Origin: a virus
Lineage: Duplodnaviria > Caudoviricetes
DNA: 26,521 nucleotides
IMG/VR virus record: IMGVR_UViG_3300037483_001358
Location: 1-26,521 of that record
Direction: 5' to 3' (one strand)
The notes below the pieces were generated by a model. That model was given only the letters and a program-made list of their open reading frames with translations, was not told the origin of the DNA and did no database searches. Of the stretch, positions 1-9,112 are shown piece by piece; the first letter of the stretch is position 1, and each line of letters opens with the position of its first letter. Position numbers and translations under genes: made by a program.

Positions 1-1482
1 AGCACAACTGCCAACACAATCTACACCGTCATGAGCGGTCAGTCCAAGTCGTGCGGCAGGTGTGATGAAATACCCGCTGAAAAGCTTGCTGAGATGAAAT
101 TCGGCAAGCTTCGAGTCAAAACGCCGCAAAACGTCCTGCCAGGATCCAGCAAAAAAGTCGGGTGGGTGTGCGATTGTGGAAGAGAAAAAATGCTGAGGGT
201 CGACAACGTTCTTAATGGAATTGCTAAATCATGCGGAAGGTGCAACGTCATCCTAGCCAACGAAATGGAGAAAAAGAAATTCGGCAGTTTGACAATCAAA
301 ATTCCGCAAGATGTTTTTCCGGGGTCAAACAAGAAAATTGAATGGATGTGCGACTGCGGCAGGACAATGATGGCACCGCCTTCCGCGGTTCTGTCATCCA
401 AATACAAATCGTGCGGCAAATGCTCGGATTCAGTCAAAACCTGGTTTATTGACAATAAAGAAAAATTGGAGCGGCTAAAATGTCCGATTGATCCGAACGA
501 TTTCATACGAGGTGGAATGGAGCTGCTCGAACCATTTCAATCCAGGTGGAAAACAAGTGAATGCGTTTGCCCGGTGTGTAAGAACACATACCGCCCGAGA
601 TTCGGAGACATTGAGAAAGGGAAGTCTCTGACATGCGGGTGTTCAACAAACCGCGTGTCAATGGGAGCAAAACAGATAACTGAGTTCATAAGATTGTTGG
701 GACTTGATGTGGAAAATGAGTCAAAAATCGGCTCAATGACGTATGACATTTTCATACCTTCAAGAAACTTTGCCATAGAATACAATGGCTTAAGATGGCA
801 TTCATTCAGCGATTCAAAAAGACGAGACGTGACAAAGTATGAAAATGCCGTCGTCAATGGAACCAATTTCATGATGATATTCGAAGACGAATGGAAGTCA
901 AAACAAAAAATAATCTCCGCATTGATCAGGCATAGAGTCGGCGCATCCGTTCTGAAGCCAGTCAGAGCTTCAAAATGTCAAATCGTCAAAATGGACAGAG
1001 TAGACGCTGACACGTTTTATGAAGCTCACCACTACATTGGGCCGTCAAACTCAAATGTGAACTGCGGAATTTCATTCAATGGGCTAATCGTGGCGTGTGC
1101 GTCTTTCAAAAAACCAACAAGACAGTCTAAATGGGACTGGGAACTTGTTAGGATGTGTTCAGACGGGGTTCACACTGTGCATGGTGGGTGGGCTAAAGTA
1201 ATGAAGTTTTTCATTCAATCATACGATCCAAAATCGATTGTCACATTCAGCGACAACAGACTGTTTACAGGGTCTGTGTATGGAAGTTTGGGGTTTACAA
1301 TCGATGGAAACGTGAAGCCAGATTACTATTGGGTGAAAAATGGAAAAAGACACCACAAATCTTCAATGAGAAAGCGGAAAAGTGAGATCGGTCTCGGCTT
1401 TACGGAGTCGCAATTGCGAGAAAACCAAGGGTTTTCCAAAATTTGGGACCTGGGCAAAAAGAGATGGGCACTTAGCTTATGA
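1..1482 (+). CDS. Zinc-ribbon-repeat / PD-(D/E)XK endonuclease / GNAT(Mom)-like fusion protein (Hef-like free-standing endonuclease), 5'-truncated
   Basis: Frame is open from base 1 (STTANTIYTV-MSGQ...), so the true start is probably upstream. Has 60-aa repeats (KSCGxC...KFGxL...WxCDCG), nuclease motif YDIFIP-x-AIEYNGLRWH...D..K...IFEDEW, and C-terminal HHYIG...WELVRMC...IVTFSDNR...GSVY..LGF. Confidence 0.75.
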   Translation, partial: STTANTIYTVMSGQSKSCGRCDEIPAEKLAEMKFGKLRVKTPQNVLPGSSKKVGWVCDCGREKMLRVDNVLNGIAKSCGRCNVILANEMEKKKFGSLTIKIPQDVFPGSNKKIEWMCDCGRTMMAPPSAVLSSKYKSCGKCSDSVKTWFIDNKEKLERLKCPIDPNDFIRGGMELLEPFQSRWKTSECVCPVCKNTYRPRFGDIEKGKSLTCGCSTNRVSMGAKQITEFIRLLGLDVENESKIGSMTYDIFIPSRNFAIEYNGLRWHSFSDSKRRDVTKYENAVVNGTNFMMIFEDEWKSKQKIISALIRHRVGASVLKPVRASKCQIVKMDRVDADTFYEAHHYIGPSNSNVNCGISFNGLIVACASFKKPTRQSKWDWELVRMCSDGVHTVHGGWAKVMKFFIQSYDPKSIVTFSDNRLFTGSVYGSLGFTIDGNVKPDYYWVKNGKRHHKSSMRKRKSEIGLGFTESQLRENQGFSKIWDLGKKRWALSL

Positions 1483-3340
1483 GCACAGACGACAGCTGGG
1501 CGTCGACCCCTATGTCAATGTGTATATCGTGACGAACTGTGAATGCAAACGAGTAAGCCAGGTTGTGGGGTTTTCCGCTATCATCTGTGACACTGAAACT
1601 GTCAAAAGACCCTATGTACACGTGATCGTCATAGTAAATGAAAACGGCTCCGGTCAGCATGACAGACCCGTCTCCAGCAACTGATCCAAACTTGCCACCG
1701 GTTCCGCTGTCGGTCCCAGACGGAAAATCATATAGGGCGCCGTTGTTTTTATACAGCGCCATCAGCGACATCAGATTTCGATAGCTCAAGCTGTGCACGC
1801 GGTTGTAGTTTGTCAAACCGCCAGTCATGTCTGCGTACACCGCGAATTGGGAAGCTGTCTGTCCGCTTGCGCTTATTTTTATGGGCTGTTCAAGCCATGT
1901 GTGGACAACGTTCCCGACCCTAGTTTTTACTCCAAAGTCAACTGTGTTCTCGTGACTTCTCTTGAACTCTTGGGGATTCACCAAAAGAAGAAGCTGAGGG
2001 ATGTTTCTCATGGCTTCCAGCTGAGCTTTAATTCCATTCATTTGGCTATAGAGCATAACTCTTCGGTACTCATCCACCACGATATTTCTTCCAAACGCGG
2101 GCTCCAACGGATTGTCAGGATCGAAAGAAGCGCCATAAGCCATGATTTTTTGGCTCGGATCGTCTGTGGCGTCAGCCCCGCCAGTGCTGATCCCAGAAGT
2201 CCCCCGAGATTCTGTATAGTTTATGAACGCCTCTTGAGCTCTTCTCAGACCGTTGACATAGTCGGCGTTCACTTTATCGCTCGTGTCGTGGAAGTTGTAC
2301 AAAGCACCCGCTTCAACGCCTCTGGTTTGCCTATCTTGTATGGCTTCGTTGTATCCTTCGGGAGTCGTGGCATCTTTGACGTTTGGGTAGCTTGTGTACA
2401 CATATCTAACAAACTCGTTGGCAGCGCTGTCCCACGAAGGAAAAGCTTTGTAACTGCTTATGTAGACTACGCCTCCTTCCGTGTCTGTGCCGAGAAACCT
2501 CATGCCAGGACGATTCACAGATGCGTAAAACTTTTGAGCGTTGCCCGCGTCATCATCTGCCGACGAACCTTTTTTGGATGGTTTTGATCCTCCAGCTCTA
2601 GGAAGATCCGATTTTCCATCTTGGGGAGCAAACCACAGTTGTCCTTTCGGGGGCTTTCCGCGAAGCATGCCGATGGTTCCGTCATTTTGACCCTGAGCTC
2701 CATTGGCGAACCAAGTGTTCCCTTTGCCGTCTTCCCACATGGAGGTTTCAGCATTCCAGCGAGCCATATATGTTGGGGGTTTCGCTCCGGAGTCATGGTA
2801 TCCCCACGCGTTGTAGTTTGGCGGGCTGATCGAGTTTGGAAGAGTTACCTTTCCATCCTTCATCTTAGTGCTGGAGCATTCGTTTAACAGATTCCCGACA
2901 AGAAGAGCCAACAGCTCTGGAGACGGTGGAGACCCGGAGCGCTTAGCCCAAGCGTTCGAAATCGAGGATATCACCTCGTCCATGGGAACGTTTTTGTGCT
3001 CCATAGGCACAACGCTTCCCGCATTCGCGCTTGCGCTTTTTCCCTTCTTTGCCACCTTGTCCACTTGGGCATACGTTGGGGCGTCCGACCCAGGAAGCTG
3101 TCCCTGCGGCATCTCAGCTTTTTCAATTTCCTGCATTATTCTTCTGACAGGAACAAAGTCTATCGGATTGTCTGGCGCTATGATTCCGACGATAAACGGC
3201 TTCCAATTTTGAGAAGTGACGCATGTGGCGAATGATTCGTCGCTAGTTGACTCCGTTTTCACGGACGGGTGCGTTCCGACCAAGCCAAGATATTGCGTCA
3301 AATCGTAAGCGATGTTTTGCAACTGTAAAAAAGATGGCAT
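1472..3340 (-). CDS. Baseplate/tail-tube-initiator-like structural protein with an inserted GH73-like (glucosaminidase/FlgJ-type) domain
   Basis: C-terminal LLVNPQEF...KTRVG..V.TW...I..SGQT...IYYD..VYIGSFDSFSV......YSFAFTV is a tube-fold pattern shared with 3346..4281. The middle has LLNE / NYNAWGY / YKAFPSWDSAANEFVRYV. Lies downstream of the tape measure. Confidence 0.6.
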   Translation of the reverse strand: MPSFLQLQNIAYDLTQYLGLVGTHPSVKTESTSDESFATCVTSQNWKPFIVGIIAPDNPIDFVPVRRIMQEIEKAEMPQGQLPGSDAPTYAQVDKVAKKGKSASANAGSVVPMEHKNVPMDEVISSISNAWAKRSGSPPSPELLALLVGNLLNECSSTKMKDGKVTLPNSISPPNYNAWGYHDSGAKPPTYMARWNAETSMWEDGKGNTWFANGAQGQNDGTIGMLRGKPPKGQLWFAPQDGKSDLPRAGGSKPSKKGSSADDDAGNAQKFYASVNRPGMRFLGTDTEGGVVYISSYKAFPSWDSAANEFVRYVYTSYPNVKDATTPEGYNEAIQDRQTRGVEAGALYNFHDTSDKVNADYVNGLRRAQEAFINYTESRGTSGISTGGADATDDPSQKIMAYGASFDPDNPLEPAFGRNIVVDEYRRVMLYSQMNGIKAQLEAMRNIPQLLLLVNPQEFKRSHENTVDFGVKTRVGNVVHTWLEQPIKISASGQTASQFAVYADMTGGLTNYNRVHSLSYRNLMSLMALYKNNGALYDFPSGTDSGTGGKFGSVAGDGSVMLTGAVFIYYDDHVYIGSFDSFSVTDDSGKPHNLAYSFAFTVRHDIHIDIGVDAQLSSVLIS

Positions 3341-3345
3341 GGCTC

Positions 3346-4281
3346 TTAGGGAGTGCTGGTTCTGGAACTGGTGTTGGATGTTGAGCTTTGTTGAGACGAC
3401 TCTGACGACGGACTGCTTACAGGCTTCATTGCCGCGAGGACATCAGGGTCCACTACAATGCTGTTTGTGTTATTTGTGCTGTTCGTTCCTATGAGCTGAT
3501 CGCTTGCGTTCCAGTTAGTGACGCCGTCGCCGGTTTTTAGACCGAATTTGTCGAGGTTTGGATTGTAGCTTTGATTTTCTTCGGCCAAAATTTCTTGATC
3601 TCGCGTTTCTTGATTGTTCCCGGGCGTTATCGGGTTTGACACTTGTTCAAAGACAGGCTCGTCTTCAGGAACCCCGGGCACTTTATACACAACGCGCGTA
3701 ACTTTGAACTCCCAGGAAACCTTGAACTGGAATGGCGTGTCTCCTGTCTCCACTATTTCAAATGTTGTGAACCAACCAGTGTAAATGCCGCGATCGTACA
3801 TGCACATGATTTGGCTGCGCAAAACAGGAACGCCGCCACTAAAAATTTGTCCATTTGATCTGAAAAGCTCAAGAAGATCTGTATGCCTTTCCCATGCTAT
3901 GGTCCCGTGTCTTCCGCGAAAGCTTCTTGTTGACGGGGCCCCGCGCCGAATCATGTAGTTCGGGTTGGCCCCGTCTGATGTCAAGCCAGAATCTGGGCCT
4001 ATGAACGCCCCGGTTGTGGAATCGGCAGAAAGGGAGTCCAAATCGTCTGGCCACACAAATTCAACAAAACCGCCGCGCGTCATGGCGACGTTCTTGTTTT
4101 TGGTGAACTGTTCTTGCAAAGAACTTGGGTTCACATGCAAAGCAAGAACATACGGCCAAAGAGGCTCAAGAGTGCCAACTTGCGTTACCTGGAAGACCAT
4201 GGGTCTCCCGATCCCATTGTTCACAGTAGAGGCTTCGTTTGACGAAGGCGGCTTGAAATATGGGATGTGAGCCAAAGGCAT
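3346..4281 (-). CDS. Tail tube initiator / baseplate-tube junction-like protein
   Basis: LHVNPSSLQ...TRGGFVEFVW...L...STTG...YDRGIYTGWFTTFEIVET...PFQFKVSWEFKV; low-complexity Ser/Asn C-terminus; follows the tape measure. Confidence 0.6.
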   Translation of the reverse strand: MPLAHIPYFKPPSSNEASTVNNGIGRPMVFQVTQVGTLEPLWPYVLALHVNPSSLQEQFTKNKNVAMTRGGFVEFVWPDDLDSLSADSTTGAFIGPDSGLTSDGANPNYMIRRGAPSTRSFRGRHGTIAWERHTDLLELFRSNGQIFSGGVPVLRSQIMCMYDRGIYTGWFTTFEIVETGDTPFQFKVSWEFKVTRVVYKVPGVPEDEPVFEQVSNPITPGNNQETRDQEILAEENQSYNPNLDKFGLKTGDGVTNWNASDQLIGTNSTNNTNSIVVDPDVLAAMKPVSSPSSESSQQSSTSNTSSRTSTP

Positions 4282-4307
4282 GATAAACGTCCGTTTTCAT
4301 AATACCG

Positions 4308-5456
4308 CTATGTTGTCAAACGAAGTTTATTCATTTCTCGAAAACAAAGCAAACATATAACACTGATTTTTCCACCATCAAATTTGCGAACACTAAAATC
4401 ACCCGGTAAAACTCGACCATGTCTGTCGCACAGCTTAGCGATGATTTCTCCACCCTCCATTTCGAACTTCCCGTTCGCCAAACGCAACTTGTCGCGCGTA
4501 GACTGGCCGGGAGACTTTCCTCGATGCGCCTCCGACTGCCGTTTCCGATATTCTGGGTCAGACCAAACTTTTTTCGCAGATTCGGACTTTCGGGCAATGT
4601 GTTCAGGGTTGTTTAGTTTCTCTTTTAAAACCTCGTCCATTCGATCGCGATATGCCGGGTCTTGCCACCTTAGTTTAACTGTGTTTGAAAGTTTGGCTTT
4701 TGTCTCGTCAGAAGCTTTCTTTCCAACTCTTGCTTGACGAAGTTTTTCTTTGACACTCGGCCTGTTGTTCGACTCTTTTGAAGCTGACGAAACAACGGCC
4801 CGGTATTCATCGTCCTGCCACTTTTTCTTTATGGCGCGCGACGCCCTTTCACGAACATCCGAATTCTCCCATATCTCAGACTGGGTCAAAGACATTTTGG
4901 ACCGTCTTTCTAAATCGGACCACGTCTGTTTGGACGCTGCGCAGCATTTTTCGCGGAACTCCGAATTCTTCCACCTGGCCTTGGACATAGAACTGCGCTT
5001 CGCGCGCCCTTCAAAAGTCCCTGCAGCAGCCTTCGACTTCGCTTTTGCTTCAAGCGTCAGACATGACAAAATATCGTCCTTGTGCTTTTCCCGGTACCCG
5101 GGGCGATCCCAAGGGTTTTTGATCGGATGCGGCGTATGAGCCCCGCCTTTTTTCAAATTGAATCCGGATTCTGGGTTTCTTGAACCAAGTTTTCTTATCC
5201 ACCACTCTTCGGCCAGGTTTGCTTGATCCAAGTCAGTGCAAACTTCCAACACTTCGTGCGAAAACGCGTCTTTGCCATGTTTGCGAATCGCGTTCCAGAA
5301 GTGTGTGCAACCTCTTCCGGACTTCTTTTTGGCATTCAAAACATGATTGTTCCAACGTTGCATCATGGTCTTTTTAGTGAGACCAACGTAACAGCGCTTG
5401 GAATCAATGTGAGTGTGGCAGTAAATCGTGTAGCGAACTTGTTTGGTAGAGCCCAT
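4308..5456 (-). CDS. Free-standing GIY-YIG homing endonuclease with NUMOD3-like C-terminal repeats (Seg-like)
   Basis: TIY-x10-YVGLT, RW..H, NAIRKHGKDAF...LE, EEWWI, GFNLKKGG, followed by basic helical repeats (SDETKAKLS, W.DPEYR..., SEAHRGK). Confidence 0.9.
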   Translation of the reverse strand: MGSTKQVRYTIYCHTHIDSKRCYVGLTKKTMMQRWNNHVLNAKKKSGRGCTHFWNAIRKHGKDAFSHEVLEVCTDLDQANLAEEWWIRKLGSRNPESGFNLKKGGAHTPHPIKNPWDRPGYREKHKDDILSCLTLEAKAKSKAAAGTFEGRAKRSSMSKARWKNSEFREKCCAASKQTWSDLERRSKMSLTQSEIWENSDVRERASRAIKKKWQDDEYRAVVSSASKESNNRPSVKEKLRQARVGKKASDETKAKLSNTVKLRWQDPAYRDRMDEVLKEKLNNPEHIARKSESAKKVWSDPEYRKRQSEAHRGKSPGQSTRDKLRLANGKFEMEGGEIIAKLCDRHGRVLPGDFSVRKFDGGKISVICLLCFREMNKLRLTT

Positions 5457-5474
5457 GAAAAAACTCTACCAAAC
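5441..5474 (-). promoter_or_regulatory. Perfect 11-bp-stem hairpin with the GIY-YIG start codon in its 12-nt loop; copy 1 of a 27-bp repeat (5446..5472)
   Basis: GTTTGGTAGAG-cccatgaaaaaa-CTCTACCAAAC; the CAT at 5454..5456 is the minus-strand ATG. Confidence 0.75.
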
Positions 5475-5488
5475 CAATCCTCGTTCCG

Positions 5489-8400
5489 TTAGTGTTTATT
5501 TTCTAACTTGTATATTTCGTTTCTCACGATAGACGCTACCATATGTGGGTCATTCGCCCCATTGATATTGATGGTGGCAGATATTGCTACAGATTTGTCT
5601 CCTTCTCCTCTTCGCGTAACCATTTCCCCTTTTTGAAGCCGATACATGCCCGTCACGGGAACGTCTCCACCGAAGTCTCTGTGACCAAGTTTCAACGGAT
5701 CAGGAAGCCTCCCCTCAAGCGTGGCCAGACTGGTAAATTGCCCGCCAGCAAGAGTGCTGATGCCGCCGCCTTTTCCGATGAGCTTTGCCCTAGCTCCTTC
5801 ACTCCCGATAACAAGCTTCCTGTTCGCTTCGCCTTCTTCCCCCATGAACTGAATCAAAGAAAACAAGAACATGGTGAGTTCTTCTTCAAGAACCTCGTCA
5901 AACATGGAGCGCATGGCTTCGACAGAGTCGTTTTTCCAATGGCTCTTGTTCAAATGAATTCCGGGGCCCTTCATAAACTGTTTGATGTCGCCCAAATGCA
6001 TAGACATCCCCATGGACTGGATGTTGATTGATTCCGTGGCAGTTTTTATTGCGGCAAGGATTTCAACCATGGAGTCGGATTTTTCAAGATTCAACGCGCT
6101 TGTTTCGGAAGTTGTCTTTGAAGCCTCCACCATTTTTTCAAGATTAGGCGCAACTGAAGCTGTTTTTGCGCCAGTTGAATCTCCTGCGCCAACGCCCGTG
6201 GTTTCTTTTGTTTTCGCGGAAATTGGCGCGGAAATCTCTGTCCCGGCACGAGTTTTTGCTGGTTCGCCCGGATAGTCCCTTTTAAAAATTTCGTCTATGT
6301 CAGAGGCTTCTTCAGCAAGACGCAACTTCTCTCTTTCAGCTATGTTTTTTGGCCCGGCATACTCTTTTGTGCCTTCACGTTTGGTGGCGCCCCTATACTT
6401 TGCTTTTCTTGCTGCTTCTTCGCTAGGGTTTTGACTGGCAACTTGGTCTCTCCCAAGAGCCATGACATTGGCTGTTGTTCTGCCGCTGCCCAACAAACGG
6501 TAAATGACATCAAGGTCTTTGGGATCGTTTCCAGATTCTTTGTCCCTAAATCTTGCCAAAGCATCGGAGTCCCCAAACTCCATGCTTTTCCTGATGTCTG
6601 GAGACTTTGTTATCATATCAAGTATTTGTTTCCGATTCTTGACGAGAGTTTCAGGGCTTATCATGTTCTTTACCAGGTCTCCGCCAGACGTTCCAGATCT
6701 AACGTTGCCCTGAAATTTTTCTCCAAACATTCGCATTTCTTCAGCAAGTGCGCCTTGTTTGGCTGCTTCCTGTTCAATGGCTGCTTTTTTCTTTGGGTCT
6801 TTCGTTTCAGCAGCCTTTCTGCTCAAGTCCTCGGCAGCTTTCTCATACATGCCAACCGAGTCGTCGCGCCAACTCTTCATTTCCTTGATCATCTCTTTTT
6901 GATTGTCGTTCCCAGTTAGCCACCCCCACACGTCGTCAAGCAAGTCAAGGATTGGCTGAAGAACGTTGTACAATTTTTCAAGAAGAAATGCTATGACGTT
7001 TGTTATCTTTTCACTGATTGAGGTTGTGGCTGTCACCTGTTCCTGGGTGAGATCCTCCATCGTGACCCGTTTCCCCATGTTCTCTTCATGCTCAGCAGAA
7101 GCTTCAAAAAGCATTCTTTCCTGATCTTCTCCGCTCATTTTTGCGAAAGCTTTCAGGGCTTCATTGTTGTCCTTTAGCTTATCGTCTTGAGCCATCATCC
7201 TCCTTGCGATTCCTTCGTTCAAACTCTTGCTGCTAGTTCTTCCTGTCTTTTGTATCTGATCGCTCCAAACTTGCATGGACTGGTTTGTTTGACGCATAGC
7301 CAAATATTGTTGCTCACTAATCCCTAGCTGAGCGATAACGTGCTCATTCAATCCATCAAACCCGGTGCCGAAGCGTTGGCTCATCTTCTTCAGGATTTGA
7401 TAAGTTTCACCCATGCTCGCGCCGCGAAGCGCCGTGGCCGTGTTCAATGGACCGCCTTTTTGACGAGTCCCTTCGTACGAAGCAAGCTTCATGGCTTCCC
7501 CGATGTCTGTTCCGGAAAGCTGTTTGCCTTGAGCTTGCAACTTGTTGACCATGGCAGCCATGCCCTTTTCCCCGCCTTTGAAAGCTGCTTGAAACTCCTT
7601 TTGACTAACACCAAATTTCTTTGCCATAGTGTCAGCTCTGGAGCTAAACCCCTTCTCCAGAACCTTGTTCACGTTTCCAATCCCAGCCACAAAAACAGTT
7701 TTCAACCTCTGCTTGAAATCAGTTCCGCCAAATCCTTTTTTGAACGCGTCCATGAACTGCTGGACATCTCGAGGGCTCATAGTTTTCGACAGAAGCTTTA
7801 TTGTTCCAGTGAGCTCTTCAAGACGGTTTCGATAAAGTTCAACATCTGGCGTGACTGATTTGAAAATTTCCATGAATTTGGACATCGGCATGCTAGCCGT
7901 GGCAGCTGATTTGACGACGTCCTGCATGAGGTCCTGAACCTGGTTAGCACCATAGCCCATTTCAGTTTGAAATTTGCCCATCATGGCGGCTGTGTCGGCA
8001 GCCTCCATGTTTAAAGCTTTCCCATACACAATGGCATTCGTAGCAAACTCCTGCATCCCAGATTCAACGCTTCCCCCGAGATCCACCATTGTGTTTCTGG
8101 TTTTGATCAAGGACCCAGTAGACTCCTTCGCGTACGCATTGATTATTTCCATTGTGTCTTTGGAATTTTTCCCAAATCTGAGCATGGCTCCCGCGGAATT
8201 TATTGCTGCGCCGCGCATTTCGTCCATAACCCCGCGATACCCCTTCGCGTCGCTGACGAAATCGTTCGCATACCCCATGCCACCAATGAGAGCTTTGTTC
8301 AACCCAGTCATATGATCGCTTGCCGCTTTCACAAGCGCTATGAACGCAGAGAATCCGGCCACAGCTGCGCCGAGAGCCAACGCGGCTGAGCCAAGCATCT

Positions 8401-9112
8401 TTCCGGCTTTGGCGATCTCGGACGCCGATGCGGCCATTCCGGCTTCTCCTCCACCAGCAGCAAGATTCGCAGAAGCGGCTTTGGCCTCCCCTCTACGAGC
8501 AATACCACCCATGAGACTTTTCTTTATGCCGGCGCCAAAGTCTCCCAACAAGCCCTTGAAACTTCCCCCGGAAACTTTGTTTTTTGCGCCTTCAAACATG
8601 CCCGAGTCGGACTGTATGGCGTCTTTGACTCTTTTCTGATATTTTTGCTGGATTTTCACAACTTTTTCCAGCTCTTTGACTTCCTTGTGCCTTGCCATAC
8701 GCTCCATGTCTATTTGGTGGGTCAAGTCAGAAATGGCTTCCGCAGCTTTATCCATTTGAGCAGCGATGCCTTCTTTAGCCCCAGCCTCAGCTGTTTTATA
8801 TACTTTTGCAAGTTCTTCCGCATCATGTTTTGCTTTGTCTAACTCGTCCCCCAGCTTTTTCAAATGACCCACACTACTTATTGTCGCCGCGCTCAATTTT
8901 TTTGCGAACACAGCAGCTGAATCCGATATGGCGTTAATTTCACTAGTGGCGGCAGTTGCGCTTTTCGCAACTTTTTTCCAGTTTACCTCGACCCCACGAA
9001 GCTTTTTGTCAAGATCACGCCGCAGCTTCTCAGCTTCTCGATTTATCGTCGATATGGACGTCGAGTCAGATACGAATTGTACGCCAATTGATAGAGTAGT
9101 TTTGTCAGCCAT
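5489..9112 (-). CDS. Tail tape measure protein
   Basis: 1207 aa, Ala/Gly/Lys/Met-rich, coiled-coil N-terminus, hydrophobic segment, C-terminal GGDVPVTGMYRLQKGEMV...ININGANDP motif; follows the tube and chaperone genes. Confidence 0.85.
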   Translation of the reverse strand: MADKTTLSIGVQFVSDSTSISTINREAEKLRRDLDKKLRGVEVNWKKVAKSATAATSEINAISDSAAVFAKKLSAATISSVGHLKKLGDELDKAKHDAEELAKVYKTAEAGAKEGIAAQMDKAAEAISDLTHQIDMERMARHKEVKELEKVVKIQQKYQKRVKDAIQSDSGMFEGAKNKVSGGSFKGLLGDFGAGIKKSLMGGIARRGEAKAASANLAAGGGEAGMAASASEIAKAGKMLGSAALALGAAVAGFSAFIALVKAASDHMTGLNKALIGGMGYANDFVSDAKGYRGVMDEMRGAAINSAGAMLRFGKNSKDTMEIINAYAKESTGSLIKTRNTMVDLGGSVESGMQEFATNAIVYGKALNMEAADTAAMMGKFQTEMGYGANQVQDLMQDVVKSAATASMPMSKFMEIFKSVTPDVELYRNRLEELTGTIKLLSKTMSPRDVQQFMDAFKKGFGGTDFKQRLKTVFVAGIGNVNKVLEKGFSSRADTMAKKFGVSQKEFQAAFKGGEKGMAAMVNKLQAQGKQLSGTDIGEAMKLASYEGTRQKGGPLNTATALRGASMGETYQILKKMSQRFGTGFDGLNEHVIAQLGISEQQYLAMRQTNQSMQVWSDQIQKTGRTSSKSLNEGIARRMMAQDDKLKDNNEALKAFAKMSGEDQERMLFEASAEHEENMGKRVTMEDLTQEQVTATTSISEKITNVIAFLLEKLYNVLQPILDLLDDVWGWLTGNDNQKEMIKEMKSWRDDSVGMYEKAAEDLSRKAAETKDPKKKAAIEQEAAKQGALAEEMRMFGEKFQGNVRSGTSGGDLVKNMISPETLVKNRKQILDMITKSPDIRKSMEFGDSDALARFRDKESGNDPKDLDVIYRLLGSGRTTANVMALGRDQVASQNPSEEAARKAKYRGATKREGTKEYAGPKNIAEREKLRLAEEASDIDEIFKRDYPGEPAKTRAGTEISAPISAKTKETTGVGAGDSTGAKTASVAPNLEKMVEASKTTSETSALNLEKSDSMVEILAAIKTATESINIQSMGMSMHLGDIKQFMKGPGIHLNKSHWKNDSVEAMRSMFDEVLEEELTMFLFSLIQFMGEEGEANRKLVIGSEGARAKLIGKGGGISTLAGGQFTSLATLEGRLPDPLKLGHRDFGGDVPVTGMYRLQKGEMVTRRGEGDKSVAISATININGANDPHMVASIVRNEIYKLENKH

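Noticed and set aside
4282-5488. Group I intron around the GIY-YIG gene
   Set aside because: The flanking genes look complete and the gaps are only about 26-32 nt, too short for a ribozyme core.
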